Counted from the first letter of the whole stretch, positions 50,906-62,559 are shown. The stretch: 63,548 nucleotides of DNA, filler included, from Octopus bimaculoides (GCF_001194135.2; 9 parts of 9 records of this genome joined end to end with filler, not necessarily neighbours in it), one strand, 5' to 3'. Made by a program: numbers and translations. Notes: generated from the sequence alone by a model not told the origin.

Positions 50906-52000
50906 TATGTTTTGAAATAAGAAATACATTCCCACATCTCCTTTCAATGTTTTTAAATATATCTTTATTTATTTATTTATTTATTCATTCATTAATTCAT
51001 TTGTTCTGTATTTAATCTTTTTTTCAAGTCATACTTTTCTCAGAATCTCTCACCATTTACCTTTTTTCTTTTATTTTGTACCTATCCCTTATATATATAN
51101 NNNNNNNNNNNNNNNNNNNNNNNNNNNNNNNNNNNNNNNNNNNTTAATTAATTAANNNNNNNNNNNNNNNNNNNNNNNNNNNNNNNNNNNNNNNNNNNNT
51201 TTGTATATGTATATGTATATATATGTGTGTATATATGTACATATGTATATATACATATAGATATATAGATTTATATATATTGTGTATATATATGTATAGA
51301 TAGATGTATATTTATTGTATATAGATATATAAATATTGTATATGTATATGTGTGTGTGTATATAAATGTATGGGCATATGTGTGTCTATATATATATATA
51401 TATACACCTATATATATATGTGCATATATATAAGCATATATACATACAAATATATATATAGATACACACACACATGTATATATATATATATATATATAAA
51501 TATACACACACACGTGTATATATATATAGATAGAGAGATATACACTCTCTCTCTATATATATATATAGATACATACATACACACATACATATATGTGTGT
51601 TTGTGCGCGCATACACACATACATACATACACATGCTTACCTAAATGTATATACACACACACAGTGACCCACATGGTATATATATATATATATATATATT
51701 TTTCTTTTCTTTTGTTGTAATTAAATGAAATTGTTTGTAATAAATAAAATAAATAAAATGAAATAAATAAACATTAATTTAACCCAGTTGTTGATAAAAA
51801 AAATCCAAAAAAAAAAAAGAAGCAAATTGGACAAAACAGTAATAATAACAATATTGATAATTGTTATTATTATTATTATAATTATTATTAAAATTTGGAA
51901 AAAAAATGGAAAAAAATACCAGAAATATTTGAGTAAATAACCAATAAAATTATATTAATGACAAATCTATTGTTGTTTATTATTGGTTATTGATTGTATT

Positions 52001-52400
52001 GGAGGCGCAATGGCCCAGTGGTTAGGGCAGCGGACTCGCGGTCATAGGATCGCGGTTTCGATTCCCAGACCGGGCGTTGTGAGTGTTTATTGAGCGAAAA
52101 CTCCTAAAGCTCCACGAGGCTCCGGCAGGAGATGGTGGTGAACCCTGCTGTACTCTTCCACCACAACTTTCTCTCACTCTTACTTCCTGTTTCTGTTGTG
52201 CCTGTAATTCAAAGGGTCAGCCTTGTCACACTCTGTGCCACGCTGAATATCCCCCCCGAGAACTACGTTATGGGTACACGTGTCTGTGGAGTGCTCAGCC
52301 ACTTGCACGTTAATTTCAAGAGCAGGCTGTTCCGTTGGTCAGATCCACTGGAACCCTCGACGTTGTAAGCGACGGAGTGCCAACAACAACAACAACAACA
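52001..52400 (+). mobile_element. tRNA-derived SINE family D with (CAA)n tail
   Basis: A box tggcccagtgg 52011, B box ggtttcgattcc about 52054, unique body, (CAA)n tail 52380-52400. Confidence 0.88.
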
Positions 52401-52499
52401 TTGATTGTATTGATCTTATTGATTGATTTTTGTGTATGTATGTGTGTTGTTTTTTGACCATAGCAAATTTTTGTACCATGTCTGTTTGCCTGGCTGCTA

Positions 52500-53130
52500 G
52501 GGTGACCTGGGAAAGTGTTAACATGTGGTAGTCTGGTGTCTTATCCAGGAGGAGATTTATCTTTCGTCACAGTGCCCTTGTGACACAACACTATATTGTA
52601 CATTACCTCAGTACACACCTGACTATGGTGAGGGAGAGAATATGTACCAGATCTGGGAAAGTAATATGTAATAGACTGGTGTCCTATCCAGGGAGAGATG
52701 TATCTCTCATCACAGTGTCTCTGTGCTATATTCTACAACACCTCAGTTCACACTTAGCTGTGGCGAGTGGGACAGAATTTGTACCAGATCACCTGGGAGA
52801 GTGTTAACATGTGGTAGATTGGGGTCCTATCCAGGAGGAGATTTATCTTTCATCACAATGTCTCTGTGACGCATCACTACATTACTTCAGTTCACATCTA
52901 GCTGTGATGAGGGAGAAAGAATAGGTGTCAGATAATCTGAGGGGAAAGTTAACATGTGATAGACTGGTATCTTATCCAGGAGGAGATTTATCTCTCATCA
53001 CAGTGTCTCTCTTTCTCTACATTCTACCCCCCCCCCCCAGTTCACACCTAGCTGTGCTGAGGAAGAGAATAGGCACCAGATCATGAGGGAGAGTGTTAAC
53101 GTGTGACGGACTGGTGTCCTATCCAGGAGA
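52500..53130 (+). repeat. About 144-bp diverged satellite, 4-5 units
   Basis: The anchor tatccagg recurs at about 52542, 52685, 52828, 52973 and 53120. Confidence 0.9.
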
Positions 53131-53194
53131 TTGTTGGACTGTGGTCATGCTGGGGCACCGACTTGAAGGGTCTTGAGTCCTTGTTCACATCGTG

Positions 53195-53465
53195 CCATTT
53201 CTGGGAGAGAAAGGCCCTCAGGCCATCCAACATTCGGCAGATTGAAGTTCTCCCATAGGAAGTACACTTATGTGTTGTACTAACGTAACTAGAACTTCTA
53301 GTTTTGTAAGGCCGTCTTCAAACTTGTTTGCATAATTTGGAGCATCTGGAAGGTGATATGTAGTACATATAACTACATCGAGTTGTCTTATATGTACAAT
53401 TAGTGTGACAAAAGGACCTGGAGTGTGAGGTTTTCGTGGATGTACATAGCAACTTCACCATGGCT
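53195..53465 (-). pseudogene. LINE AP-endonuclease fragment
   Basis: Minus across frameshifts: HGEVAMYIHENL..VICTTYHLPD..MG(D)FNLPNVGW. Confidence 0.7.
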
Positions 53466-53514
53466 CCTTTCTTTTCTGTCGGTCCGTAATACAACATACT
53501 GTGCTATGTGTATT

Positions 53515-53720
53515 TCTGCAGATATAAAAACAGAGGCAGTGATGATTGATTACATCGATATAAAAGAAGGCAATGTAATAAGGGCTATTGATGAAATAAA
53601 CCCAAACTCAAACTACTGGCCCCGATGGATTCCCAGCAATCCTTCTAAAAGCATGTAAGCGAGTCCAAGCAAGACCACTACTAGTTCCTCTTTCAGAGAT
53701 TCCTTGCATATTTTCAAGTT
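53515..53720 (+). pseudogene. CR1/L2-like LINE RT N-terminal fragment
   Basis: IDIKEGNVIRAIDEINPNS, a frameshift, then GPDGFPAILLKACKRVQARPL. Confidence 0.75.
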
Positions 53721-54019
53721 TCAGATGTGTCTAAACTCAAAATGAGTAATGACTTATTTCAATAATTTCTTGTTTACCTGTGCACTGTGTAAATTTATTA
53801 TGAAGAGGAGGCTTTGATTTGATTTTGATTTTGATTTATCTTTCATATTAAATTCCGATATAATCTCAAAAGGTGTAGAAAAATTCATAAAAACTCATTA
53901 TTCTGAAAGATATGAGGAAACAAAGTCAATGGAGGCACCCTTCTGTAGGTAAGTCGGTCGGTTGTCCTTTGGCATGTGATCTACAATGGAGATTACTTTT
54001 TAAATTATTTTGTACAAGC

Positions 54020-54545
54020 GAGATCGTTGCCAGTGCCCCTGGACTGGCTCTTGTGCGGGTGGCACATAAAATACACCATTTTGAGCGTGGCCGTTGCCAG
54101 TACTGCCTGACTGGCCTTCGTAGGATTTTCGAGTGAGATCGTTGCCAGTGCCCATGTACTGGCTCTTGTGCGGGTGGCACATAAAATACACCATTTTGAG
54201 CGTGGCCGTTGCCAGTACCGCCTGACTGGCCTTCGTAGGATTTTCGAGCGAGATCGTTGCCAGTGCCCATTGACTGGCTCTTGTGCGGGTGGCACATAAA
54301 ATACACCATTTTGAGCGTGGCCGTTGCCAGTACCGCCTGACTGGCCTTCGTGTGGGTGACACGTAAAAGCACCAACTACACTCTCTGAGTGGTTGGCGTT
54401 AGGAAGGGCATCCAGCCGTAGAAACTCTGCCAAATTAGATTGGAGCCTGGTGTAGCCATCTGGTTTCACCAGTCCTCAGTCAAATCGTCCAACCCATGCT
54501 ATCATGGAAAGCGGACGTTAAACGACGATGATGATGATGATGATA
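54020..54545 (+). mobile_element. RTE-tailed non-autonomous element with 3 x 115-bp internal repeat
   Basis: Units at 54020, 54135 and 54250, then ggttggcgttaggaagggcatccagc and a (GAT)n tail. Confidence 0.85.
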
Positions 54546-54744
54546 GTTAGCATTGTCACTGTATTCTTTCAAAATTCCTACTATTTAACAATAACAAAAC
54601 CATTTAATAATTAAAATAAGTGCGTAGATCAACCAACTAAGTAAATTTGCTCATGTAAGATCACCCGGAAAGTAGCATTACACTATAGTAATCTAAAAGG
54701 CGACCAAAAGTAATCTCCCTTTAAATTGTAGACCGCACGGCAAA

Positions 54745-54990
54745 GTGGCTTGTTTCTTTCTCTTTACTCTTTTACTTGTTTCAGTCATTTGACTGTGGCC
54801 ATACTGGAGCACCGCCTTTTTAGTCGAGCTAATCGACCCCGGGACTTATTCTTTGTAAGCCTAGTACTTATTCTATCGGTGTCTTTTTGCCGAACCGCTA
54901 AGTTACGGGGACGTAAACACACCAGCATTGGTTGTCAAGCGATGTTGGGGGGGACAAACACAGACACACAAACATATACACACACACANN
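54745..54990 (-). mobile_element. SINE family A, 3' half
   Basis: cttttacttgtttcagtcatttgactgtggccatactggagcaccgcc..gccgaaccgctaagttacggggacgtaaac. Confidence 0.88.
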
Positions 54991-55539
54991 NNNNNNNNNN
55001 NNNNNNNNNNNNNNNNNNNNNNNNNNNNNNNNTTAATTAATTAANNNNNNNNNNNNNNNNNNNNNNNNNNNNNNNNNNNNNNNNNNNNTTCTATATTTTT
55101 TCCCTCGGTTGACGCCTCTTCGCCAGACGAAGATACACTATTCGGCATCTTACCAGCAATTACTGTTTCCCCCATAGGGGAAACACACAATAGTTATAAC
55201 AAGAACACACAAAAACAGTCAATGGAAACTTGCACTTACTGTACAGACGCACTCAAATAACTAGTAACAATCCAAACTCACGGAGTCGCTACACCGCTAA
55301 GCATTTCAACCGGTGTCACATAGACGAAATACCGCTAAGCATTTCGCCCGGCGTGCTAACGTTTCTGTCAGCTCGCCGCCTTACTTCTATACCTATACTG
55401 AGAGAAAAATATGCTTAATTTACTTGAAACTTTTCCAAATAATATATTGAACAAGTAAAATAATAGAAAAGCTCAGAAAATATTTTTTAAATGGTCTAAA
55501 AAATTTTAATATTTTGCAGATCAAACTTTCCTTTTGTGA

Positions 55540-56790
55540 ATACTTTTACCTTTTCTAACTAGAGACCAGCGACAGATTCCCATCATTATAATATTCCAGC
55601 AACCTTGGCGTCTTCTCTCCGTTGTTGCAGTGTCTTGGTGAAACCGTGCTCCTCATCGTGCTCCTCACAGACGTCAGCTTAGTTTCCAAGTGCAAAAAAT
55701 AAGAATATGTATGCAAGAAATACATTGATAAAGATGCGTGACAGCCCATGATTGTTTCTTTCCAAAAACTTTGTTACCAGCTTCCTGTAGTTAACATCCG
55801 TAAAACTCCACAATCTTTATTGCAAAATGAATACTATACTTCCTTTTGACTCTGATAATTTTCCTCTCAAGTTTTTCAGACTTCAACATTTACTTGAGGC
55901 ACAACTAATATACAAACCTCGATTTTTAGCATCAGTAAACTTTAGAAACACAAGGCAATTTTTTGAAAAGCTTTTCTTTCAAAATCTAACACTTTACAAA
56001 CTGTTTCGTTAATCTAAATTTTATACAAAGGGAAGGTGACAAAACATTATCAGGCTCTACAAGAGGTTGTCTGACAAGATCTAACCCTCCTGGTTATGTC
56101 TATTGTAGCAGGAGAGCAACTGAACTTTCCGGTAATAATCACCAACAGCCCTGCTACCTATAAGCAAAGGAAACATAAATATTTTGTATAACCGCCCTGT
56201 ATACCAAGCATAAAGACAAGTATCTTGAAATCGCCCCACACACATACCCTTTATTCTGCGTAGTTGATTTTGGTAAGAAGCTGCTCAACATTTTCATAAT
56301 CTTTTATTTGTACCGAGTGTGTAATATGTAGTAATGGATATTGGTTTCCATTGTAAAGTTAATAGTACTTCTAGTTACTGAGAGCTTCAAAGCTCGCCTT
56401 ACAGGTTCTAAGTAACTCAAAGTACAAGTTACATTGTAATATTAATTACATTTGCTTGTAGTATTGGCAAACTTTCGCTATGAAGAACAGGTACTATGGA
56501 AAGCAGTACGTCTGGGTACTGAACTGCTTAGCTTTTTTTAACCTTCCTGCAATTTGGAATATCATGGAGATAGAAATAGCAGTAACCATGGTAATTCTTC
56601 GACTCTCTTTATATATTGGGAATAGCAAAGAACACAGCTTTCTCACACCTTTTAACTATCCGTCTAGAGTAAATCGGCAACTTTTATATATTATATTTGG
56701 GGACCTAATGCATGTCCTGATTACCGATAGACATTCCAAAGTATTATCCAAAATTTTGCTTCTTTCACAATCATGTGATATCTAATTAGT
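55540..56790 (-). pseudogene. Decayed Chapaev3-like (CMC) DDE transposase
   Basis: Minus, in order: YFG..GNQD, FAIP..RE..CYF, PVLHSE.LP, LHNGNQYP..HSV..YENV, GDFK..LGIQGGYTKYLCFLC, PLVE..IK..KQFVK, DEHG.FHQD..RQG.W. Family name from recall of this motif set. Confidence 0.75.
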
Positions 56791-57730
56791 TTCAAATTCT
56801 GGATTGTATAACAAATCATATATGGTGTATTTTTACATTCTTTATTCGCCATATTCCAAAAGGACAAGATTCAAAATTATAGATAACAAATCTGAAATGA
56901 AAAATACGCTTTATATAAAAAAAAAAATCTTTATATAAAAAAAATCTGATTTTAGATATAAAGGTCAAAGGTTTAGTTACTACAGTTGAAGTGGTTCTCC
57001 AAAAAAATAAAATTGGGAATTATGTGACTCAATGACGATGGATGATAGAGAAAGACTAATAACAGTTATGGAGTGAACGCTCTAAATTCAATTATTGATA
57101 GTAGAAATATCATGATAACCAAAAATATTTGCAACAGAAAGATATTATTGTTCGGACAAAGTATAGAGAACTGAATATCATAGAGAATTATAAAAGCTTA
57201 AGGTTATTATTCTAAAGCAACTGAACATTTATTGATGAGGAGACTCAATTCAAAAAGTAAAAATAAATTTATTATTCACTTTCACCTGACGGCTTATTCA
57301 ACCAGACTGGTTGAATAAGATGACAGACGAAATTTAAAGTCTCATTCAGAATGAAATATTTTTTATAGAGTATTGTAAATGGGGAACGGTATCAAAACTG
57401 CAAGAAAACGTTAAGCAATGCTTTTCTTGCAGCTCCCTCAAAGTCTATAATATCAATGGAGTTGAGACTAATCCATCCGATCATTATAACTAGTTCAAAC
57501 GATATGAGGCTTCGATTTCGACACCAATGCGATAATAAACGAAAGTTACTACACACTACACAGAGAAAAGCGGAATCTTACAAATAAACACAAAGAAGAG
57601 AATGTAACCGAGGTGAAGACGAACACAAAATTCTACATGTTTGGTGATAAGTGGTTTCTCATATTTCTAAGTTCTTGCGCATACATATACACATACATAA
57701 ATCATACATATATATATGTATGTATGCATG

Positions 57731-57813
<83 letters not shown>

Positions 57814-57913
57814 NNNNNNNNNNNNNNNNNNNNNNNNNNNNNNNNNNNNNNNNNNNNTTAATTAATTAANNNNNNNNNNNNNNNNNNNNNNNNNNNNNNN
57901 NNNNNNNNNNNNN

Positions 57914-58754
57914 AAAGAGCAACAGCGTCTTTGGGAATACTCTGGGCGTTGGGAGGGATCAATTAGCTGGTCTTTACTGGATGACTTTCGAGCCGGGTCC
58001 TATGGATAATTTCCAGAAATCCCTGACCTGGCAGTGCTACCAGAAAGCTCTGCCGGTTCCAGATGAGTTCTACAAACACGGAAGTGCTGTCCGAGATATC
58101 CGAGATGTGCGCAGGGCTATAAAACCGTTCTGCATGCGCGCGTCCAGCGTCCGGGCATTGCTGACTTGCGGAGCTTTGTGGAATAGCTGTTGACGCGCGT
58201 AGGACGGATCTGGTTATCAACCGAGTCCGTCATGAAGATTGCTTTTTTGGCCGGGAAGGGAAGGTGGCTTTCCTTTGTCTGATGGCTATGACGAAGGAAG
58301 TAGAGTGTGGTACGAGGTTGAAAGAACTGTAGATAGATACTTTCCTCTTCGGCCAAGCCCTCATCGACTTTTTCAAATCCCACTTGCGAAGGAAAGTAAG
58401 GGCGGAGATGGAAGTACTTCCCCTCTCCTCATTCCCCAGTATTTTTGTTGAAAGGTGAGTAAATGTGACGAGCATGGCCCTTGTGAATGAGCCAACTCTG
58501 AACATATGCTTGTAAGGCAGCAGAGGTGTTGAGAAGGAGAGAGACACATGCTGAAGTGCTCCTGGTGGTTGGGGTAGCCCAAAGTGTGGAGTTCCTTGGT
58601 TGACCCTGGGTGGATCTCTTCTATCTTGAAGAATTATACTGTTAATTATTCTTGTTTCAATTTTATACTCAAGGTTTTGGGCTAAGCCCCACTTGTCCCT
58701 TGTGTTGCATTGTCTCTTTTCGTTTTGTTCGGCCCTCGTGGCCAATAAAGAAAA

Positions 58755-58760
<6 letters not shown>
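57914..58760 (+). mobile_element. L1/Tx1-clade LINE 3' fragment
   Basis: GC-richer block; SLTWQCY..ALPV..KHG, then zinc-knuckle-like CAQGYKTVLHARVQRP (CxxC..ETxxH...C), 3' UTR ending in AATAAA and (TTA)n. Confidence 0.65.
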
Positions 58761-58791
<31 letters not shown>

Positions 58792-58859
58792 GTTGTTGTT
58801 GTTGTTAGTTGTAGTAGTAAGCAGGCTCAGATAAATCAGAAGTACAGCTTTATTTCCTG

Positions 58860-59026
58860 CGTGTCACTTGGCGTGGCTGAGTGCGAAGATGCTTGCTTCC
58901 TAACCACATAGTTCTGCGTTCAGTCTCACAGCGTAGCACTTTGGCTAAGTGTCTTCCGCTCAGGCCAACCAAAACCTTGTGAGTGGATTTGGCAGACGGA
59001 GACTGGAAAAAGCCCGTCGTGTACAT
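58860..59026 (+). mobile_element. SINE family A, 5' half
   Basis: ggcgtggctgagtgc..cttcctaaccacatagttctgcgttcagtctcac..ttggctaagtgtcttc..agcccgtcg. Confidence 0.75.
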
Positions 59027-59126
59027 NNNNNNNNNNNNNNNNNNNNNNNNNNNNNNNNNNNNNNNNNNNNTTAATTAATTAANNNNNNNNNNNNNNNNNN
59101 NNNNNNNNNNNNNNNNNNNNNNNNNN

Positions 59127-59167
<41 letters not shown>

Positions 59168-59178
59168 CACACACACAT

Positions 59179-60550
59179 ATGTATAACTTCGATATAACTA
59201 TGATTTCGAATGAGTCGGCTCAAGTTACAGATCTAGTGGGCGTTTATATCTTAAGCTGCATATGGACTGAGTTTCTAGAAATAGAGGATGGATTATATAG
59301 AGACGACTCACTATTTACCATACATAATTGTAACACTAGCATATTAAAGAAGTATAGGAAGCAAATAAAAAAAACTCTTTAAACGATTAGGACATAATAT
59401 ATCAATAGAAATGAAGTATAGTAAGGTTAATTTTCTGGATGCCACACTCGACCTTAGAACAGGACTGCACTACCCGTTCCATAAACAAAACGAGAACCTA
59501 AAGTATGTTAGTAGAGGATCTAACCATCTGAAAAACACCATAAACCCTATCCCCATGGGGTTCTCAGCTAGAATATCTAGGTTGTTGACTTTTGGGACAT
59601 ATTTAATAGACACGTAGGTTATTACAATATGGCATTAACGGAGGCCGGCTATAGTGGGAAAATGAAATATATCCCTCGGTGCGATTCATGTATGCGATTC
59701 AACGGTTGGGTTGCCAGAGGGTGGGACGCTCCTAATAGTTAGCAAAACTAGCCAGATAATGGAACATAAACGAAAGGATAGACTAGCGGGTAAGATTTTA
59801 GACCCACAAGTAAGCAAACAAAAACGACGACCACCACTGAACGATAGCCAAAATAGAAAGAGGGAGACACTTGAGTTAGACATCAGAGCTAAGAATCTAG
59901 ATGAGAATGAAGGTAGTCATAATGACAACACAGATCAGAATAAACGTAAACCGAAAAATCCAGGGAGAAAAATGCGCAAGATAGATTACCACAACATAAA
60001 TAAGAAAAAGAAACATACGGAAACTATTTGGTTCAATGCATCATTTGGGGTTCAAATCGATACTAATATTCCCAGGAAATTATTCGCAACCCTAGACAAA
60101 CATTTCCCTCCATCGAGTCGATATGGGAAATTGTTTAACCGGCACTCCGTAAGATTTGCCTACTCCACTACTAGAAACCTAACACAAATTATAGCGTCCC
60201 ACAACACCCGTAGATTAAGGAAATCAGAAAATTTAAATTTGACAGACCTAGCCCGGAATAGAATATGTAATAAAAACTGGAACATGGAGGATTGTATGAA
60301 TATTACTAGTGTTAGGAATACCTATAATTATATTAGAAATAATAGCGATTGTAGGAAACACATTAGATATAACGCTAGTAGTAACGGAGGTAACGAATCG
60401 ACTAGAACCAGCAATGAGAGGGGCCATGGTTTGCATGGTGTGCGTGGAAGTCGAGATCGCATGAGAAATGCAAGTAATAAGAGCATAGAAAATAATGGAA
60501 AGGAAATAGACATCAAGGCTAATGTTAAGACGAATAGAGAGGACAATATA
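59179..60550 (+). pseudogene. Penelope-like element RT and thumb, frameshifted and interrupted by mariner
   Basis: FDITM..AQVTDLVGVYIL..GLYRDD; VNFLDATLDL..PFHK.NE.LKYV..SNH; YNMALTEAGY; IWFNASF..LDKHFPP..KLFNRHSVRFAYSTTRNL..IASHN. Confidence 0.9.
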
Positions 60551-60861
60551 TTAGGTTGTCAAGAAAGTTCTTGCGGCTTTTAACCTTTAAATTCAGATGC
60601 ACATATCTCGACTCAAAGAAAACTTTATTAATCGAAACAAACCCCATCAGAATCAACACACTTTTGCCAACGCGAAACAAGTTTATTTATGCCAGTAGCA
60701 TAAAAATCCTGCGTTCTAGCGGCGATGAAGTCGTTGAAGGCGTGTTTGGTATCGTCTTGGTTTTTGAAGCATTTCTCACGCAGGAAGTTGTCGAAATGCT
60801 TGAAAAAGTGGTAGTCGGTAAACGTGAGGTATTGTGAGTATGGCGGATGAGACAGAGTTTC
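60551..60861 (-). mobile_element. Mariner 3' end inserted at a TA in the PLE
   Basis: Minus: ETLSHPPYSQYLTFTDYHFFKHFDNFLREK.F..FYATGINKLVSRWQKCVDSDG.CFD*; TIR ttaggttgtcaagaaagttcttgcgg follows TA at 60549-60550. Confidence 0.9.
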
Positions 60862-61350
60862 NNNNNNNNNNNNNNNNNNNNNNNNNNNNNNNNNNNNNNN
60901 NNNNNTTAATTAATTAANNNNNNNNNNNNNNNNNNNNNNNNNNNNNNNNNNNNNNNNNNNNTATTTAAGTTAAAAATACAAAATAAACAAGACACTATTG
61001 CTGCAAGCCCTAGAATAATATAATAATAATAATGATTCTTTTAAAGTCAAGCATTAAATAAAGTAAAAACTTATAAAAATTTCCTATTCTTATAAGCTAT
61101 ATAGCGTTAAGATACATATTGAGAAACTAACAGCATTAGCAGAAGTGGTGTGAAAAAATATCTTCTATGGAGTAAAGTTGAAAACTTATTTATCACAAGT
61201 AGATTGAATGTTAAGGTGAGAGATCAGGAATATATGTTATAAAGGTTCAATTTCCAATTTAAAATATGTGCTAATTAATAGCCCTAGACGACCATGGTAG
61301 AAGTTAAAATACTATAATTTGATAATTATAACTACTTTATAAAACTACTT

Positions 61351-61966
61351 TTAAAAAAATTTAAAAGTGCGAGTAGAGCAGTGTACACATGATACCCTAA
61401 GGTCTAATCTATTATTGATTAGATTAGGATTATTTCTAAGTTTAAAAATTTCATATATTTCCATAGAACATAATTCATATCCATATCTATTATTTCTATA
61501 AGGTTGAGCTTTTCTTATAATTTCCCATTTAAGGCTAAAATTAATACCATTATCTTTTAACTCCCAAATTTTACTTGCCAATGTCGTACTATTTGCCTTA
61601 TGTCTAAGTCTAAAAGAGGACCTATGGTTATATATTGTCTGTTTCACATTAATACTACATCCTATGTAAAGATAATTCTCAGTTATTGTACTAATAATGC
61701 ATCTGTACACTACGTTACGGGTGCAACAAATTCCTAATAAGGGACAATGGGACTTATTTCTGCAGTTGCACATAGTGGTGCTATCAACCCCACCTATATT
61801 ATTTCTAATATCTCTATTATTATTATTATTACAATTATTTACACTAATATTATTTATCAATTCTTCAATTCTACTATTAGGTATATATTGATCATTTCCA
61901 TCATTATTTAACTTGCTTCCTGATGTGCTATCAGTTAGAATTATTCCTCCAACATTAGGCATATTG
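61351..61966 (-). pseudogene. PLE linker plus open GIY-YIG domain (Neptune-like CNC..CPL.G.C motif)
   Basis: CNCRNKSHCPLLGICCTRNVVYRC..YIGCS..K..YNHRSSF..STTLASKIWELKD..LKWEII.KA.PY..LCSME..NLINNR..CVH. Confidence 0.92.
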
Positions 61967-62066
61967 NNNNNNNNNNNNNNNNNNNNNNNNNNNNNNNNNN
62001 NNNNNNNNNNTTAATTAATTAANNNNNNNNNNNNNNNNNNNNNNNNNNNNNNNNNNNNNNNNNNNN

Positions 62067-62099
<33 letters not shown>

Positions 62100-62300
62100 G
62101 TGTGTGTGTGTCTGTATTTGTCATCCTTCCATCACTTGACAACCAATGTATTACGTCCCCATAACTTAGCAGTTTGGCAAAAGACACCGACAGAATAAGT
62201 ACTAGGCTTACAAAGAATATGTCCTGGGGTTGATTTGTTCGACTAAAGGCAGTGCTCTAGCATGGCTGCAGTCAAATGGAACAAGTAAAAGAAAAAATAA
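62100..62300 (+). mobile_element. SINE family A, 3' half
   Basis: catcacttgacaacc..cgtccccataacttagcag..gaataagtactaggcttac..gcatggctgcagtcaaatg. Confidence 0.82.
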
Positions 62301-62559
62301 AAGAATATATATTCGCATATACACACACACACATTCACATGCACACACACACACACACAGACACACACACACATATATATATGTATACACACAGGCATAT
62401 GTTCATCATCATCATCATCATATATACCTAAATATGTATATTTTCTTACACATATATATAGGTGTGCATATATCTATATACATACACACATAAATATGAA
62501 CATATTTCTAAGACCTGTTGAGGCAAGTGAAATTGAAATCAAATTCAATGACACCACCG

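Noticed and set aside
53522-53654. Apparent exon with cag/gtaag borders
   Set aside because: A frameshift-aware reading gives the LINE RT motif GPDGFPAILLKACK running through the supposed donor.
54020-54360. CRISPR-like array of hairpin repeats
   Set aside because: Spacers repeat with the units, there are no cas genes, the context is eukaryotic, and the array sits within a retroelement with a (GAT)n tail.
57285-57345. Hammerhead CTGACGG-hairpin-GAAA..GTC
   Set aside because: Core A9 is changed, 9 unpaired nt precede GAAA, and no stem I pairing exists.
60551-60583. C-terminal LGCQESSCGF of the 290-aa ORF as a PLE Cys motif
   Set aside because: It is read-through into the mariner TIR.
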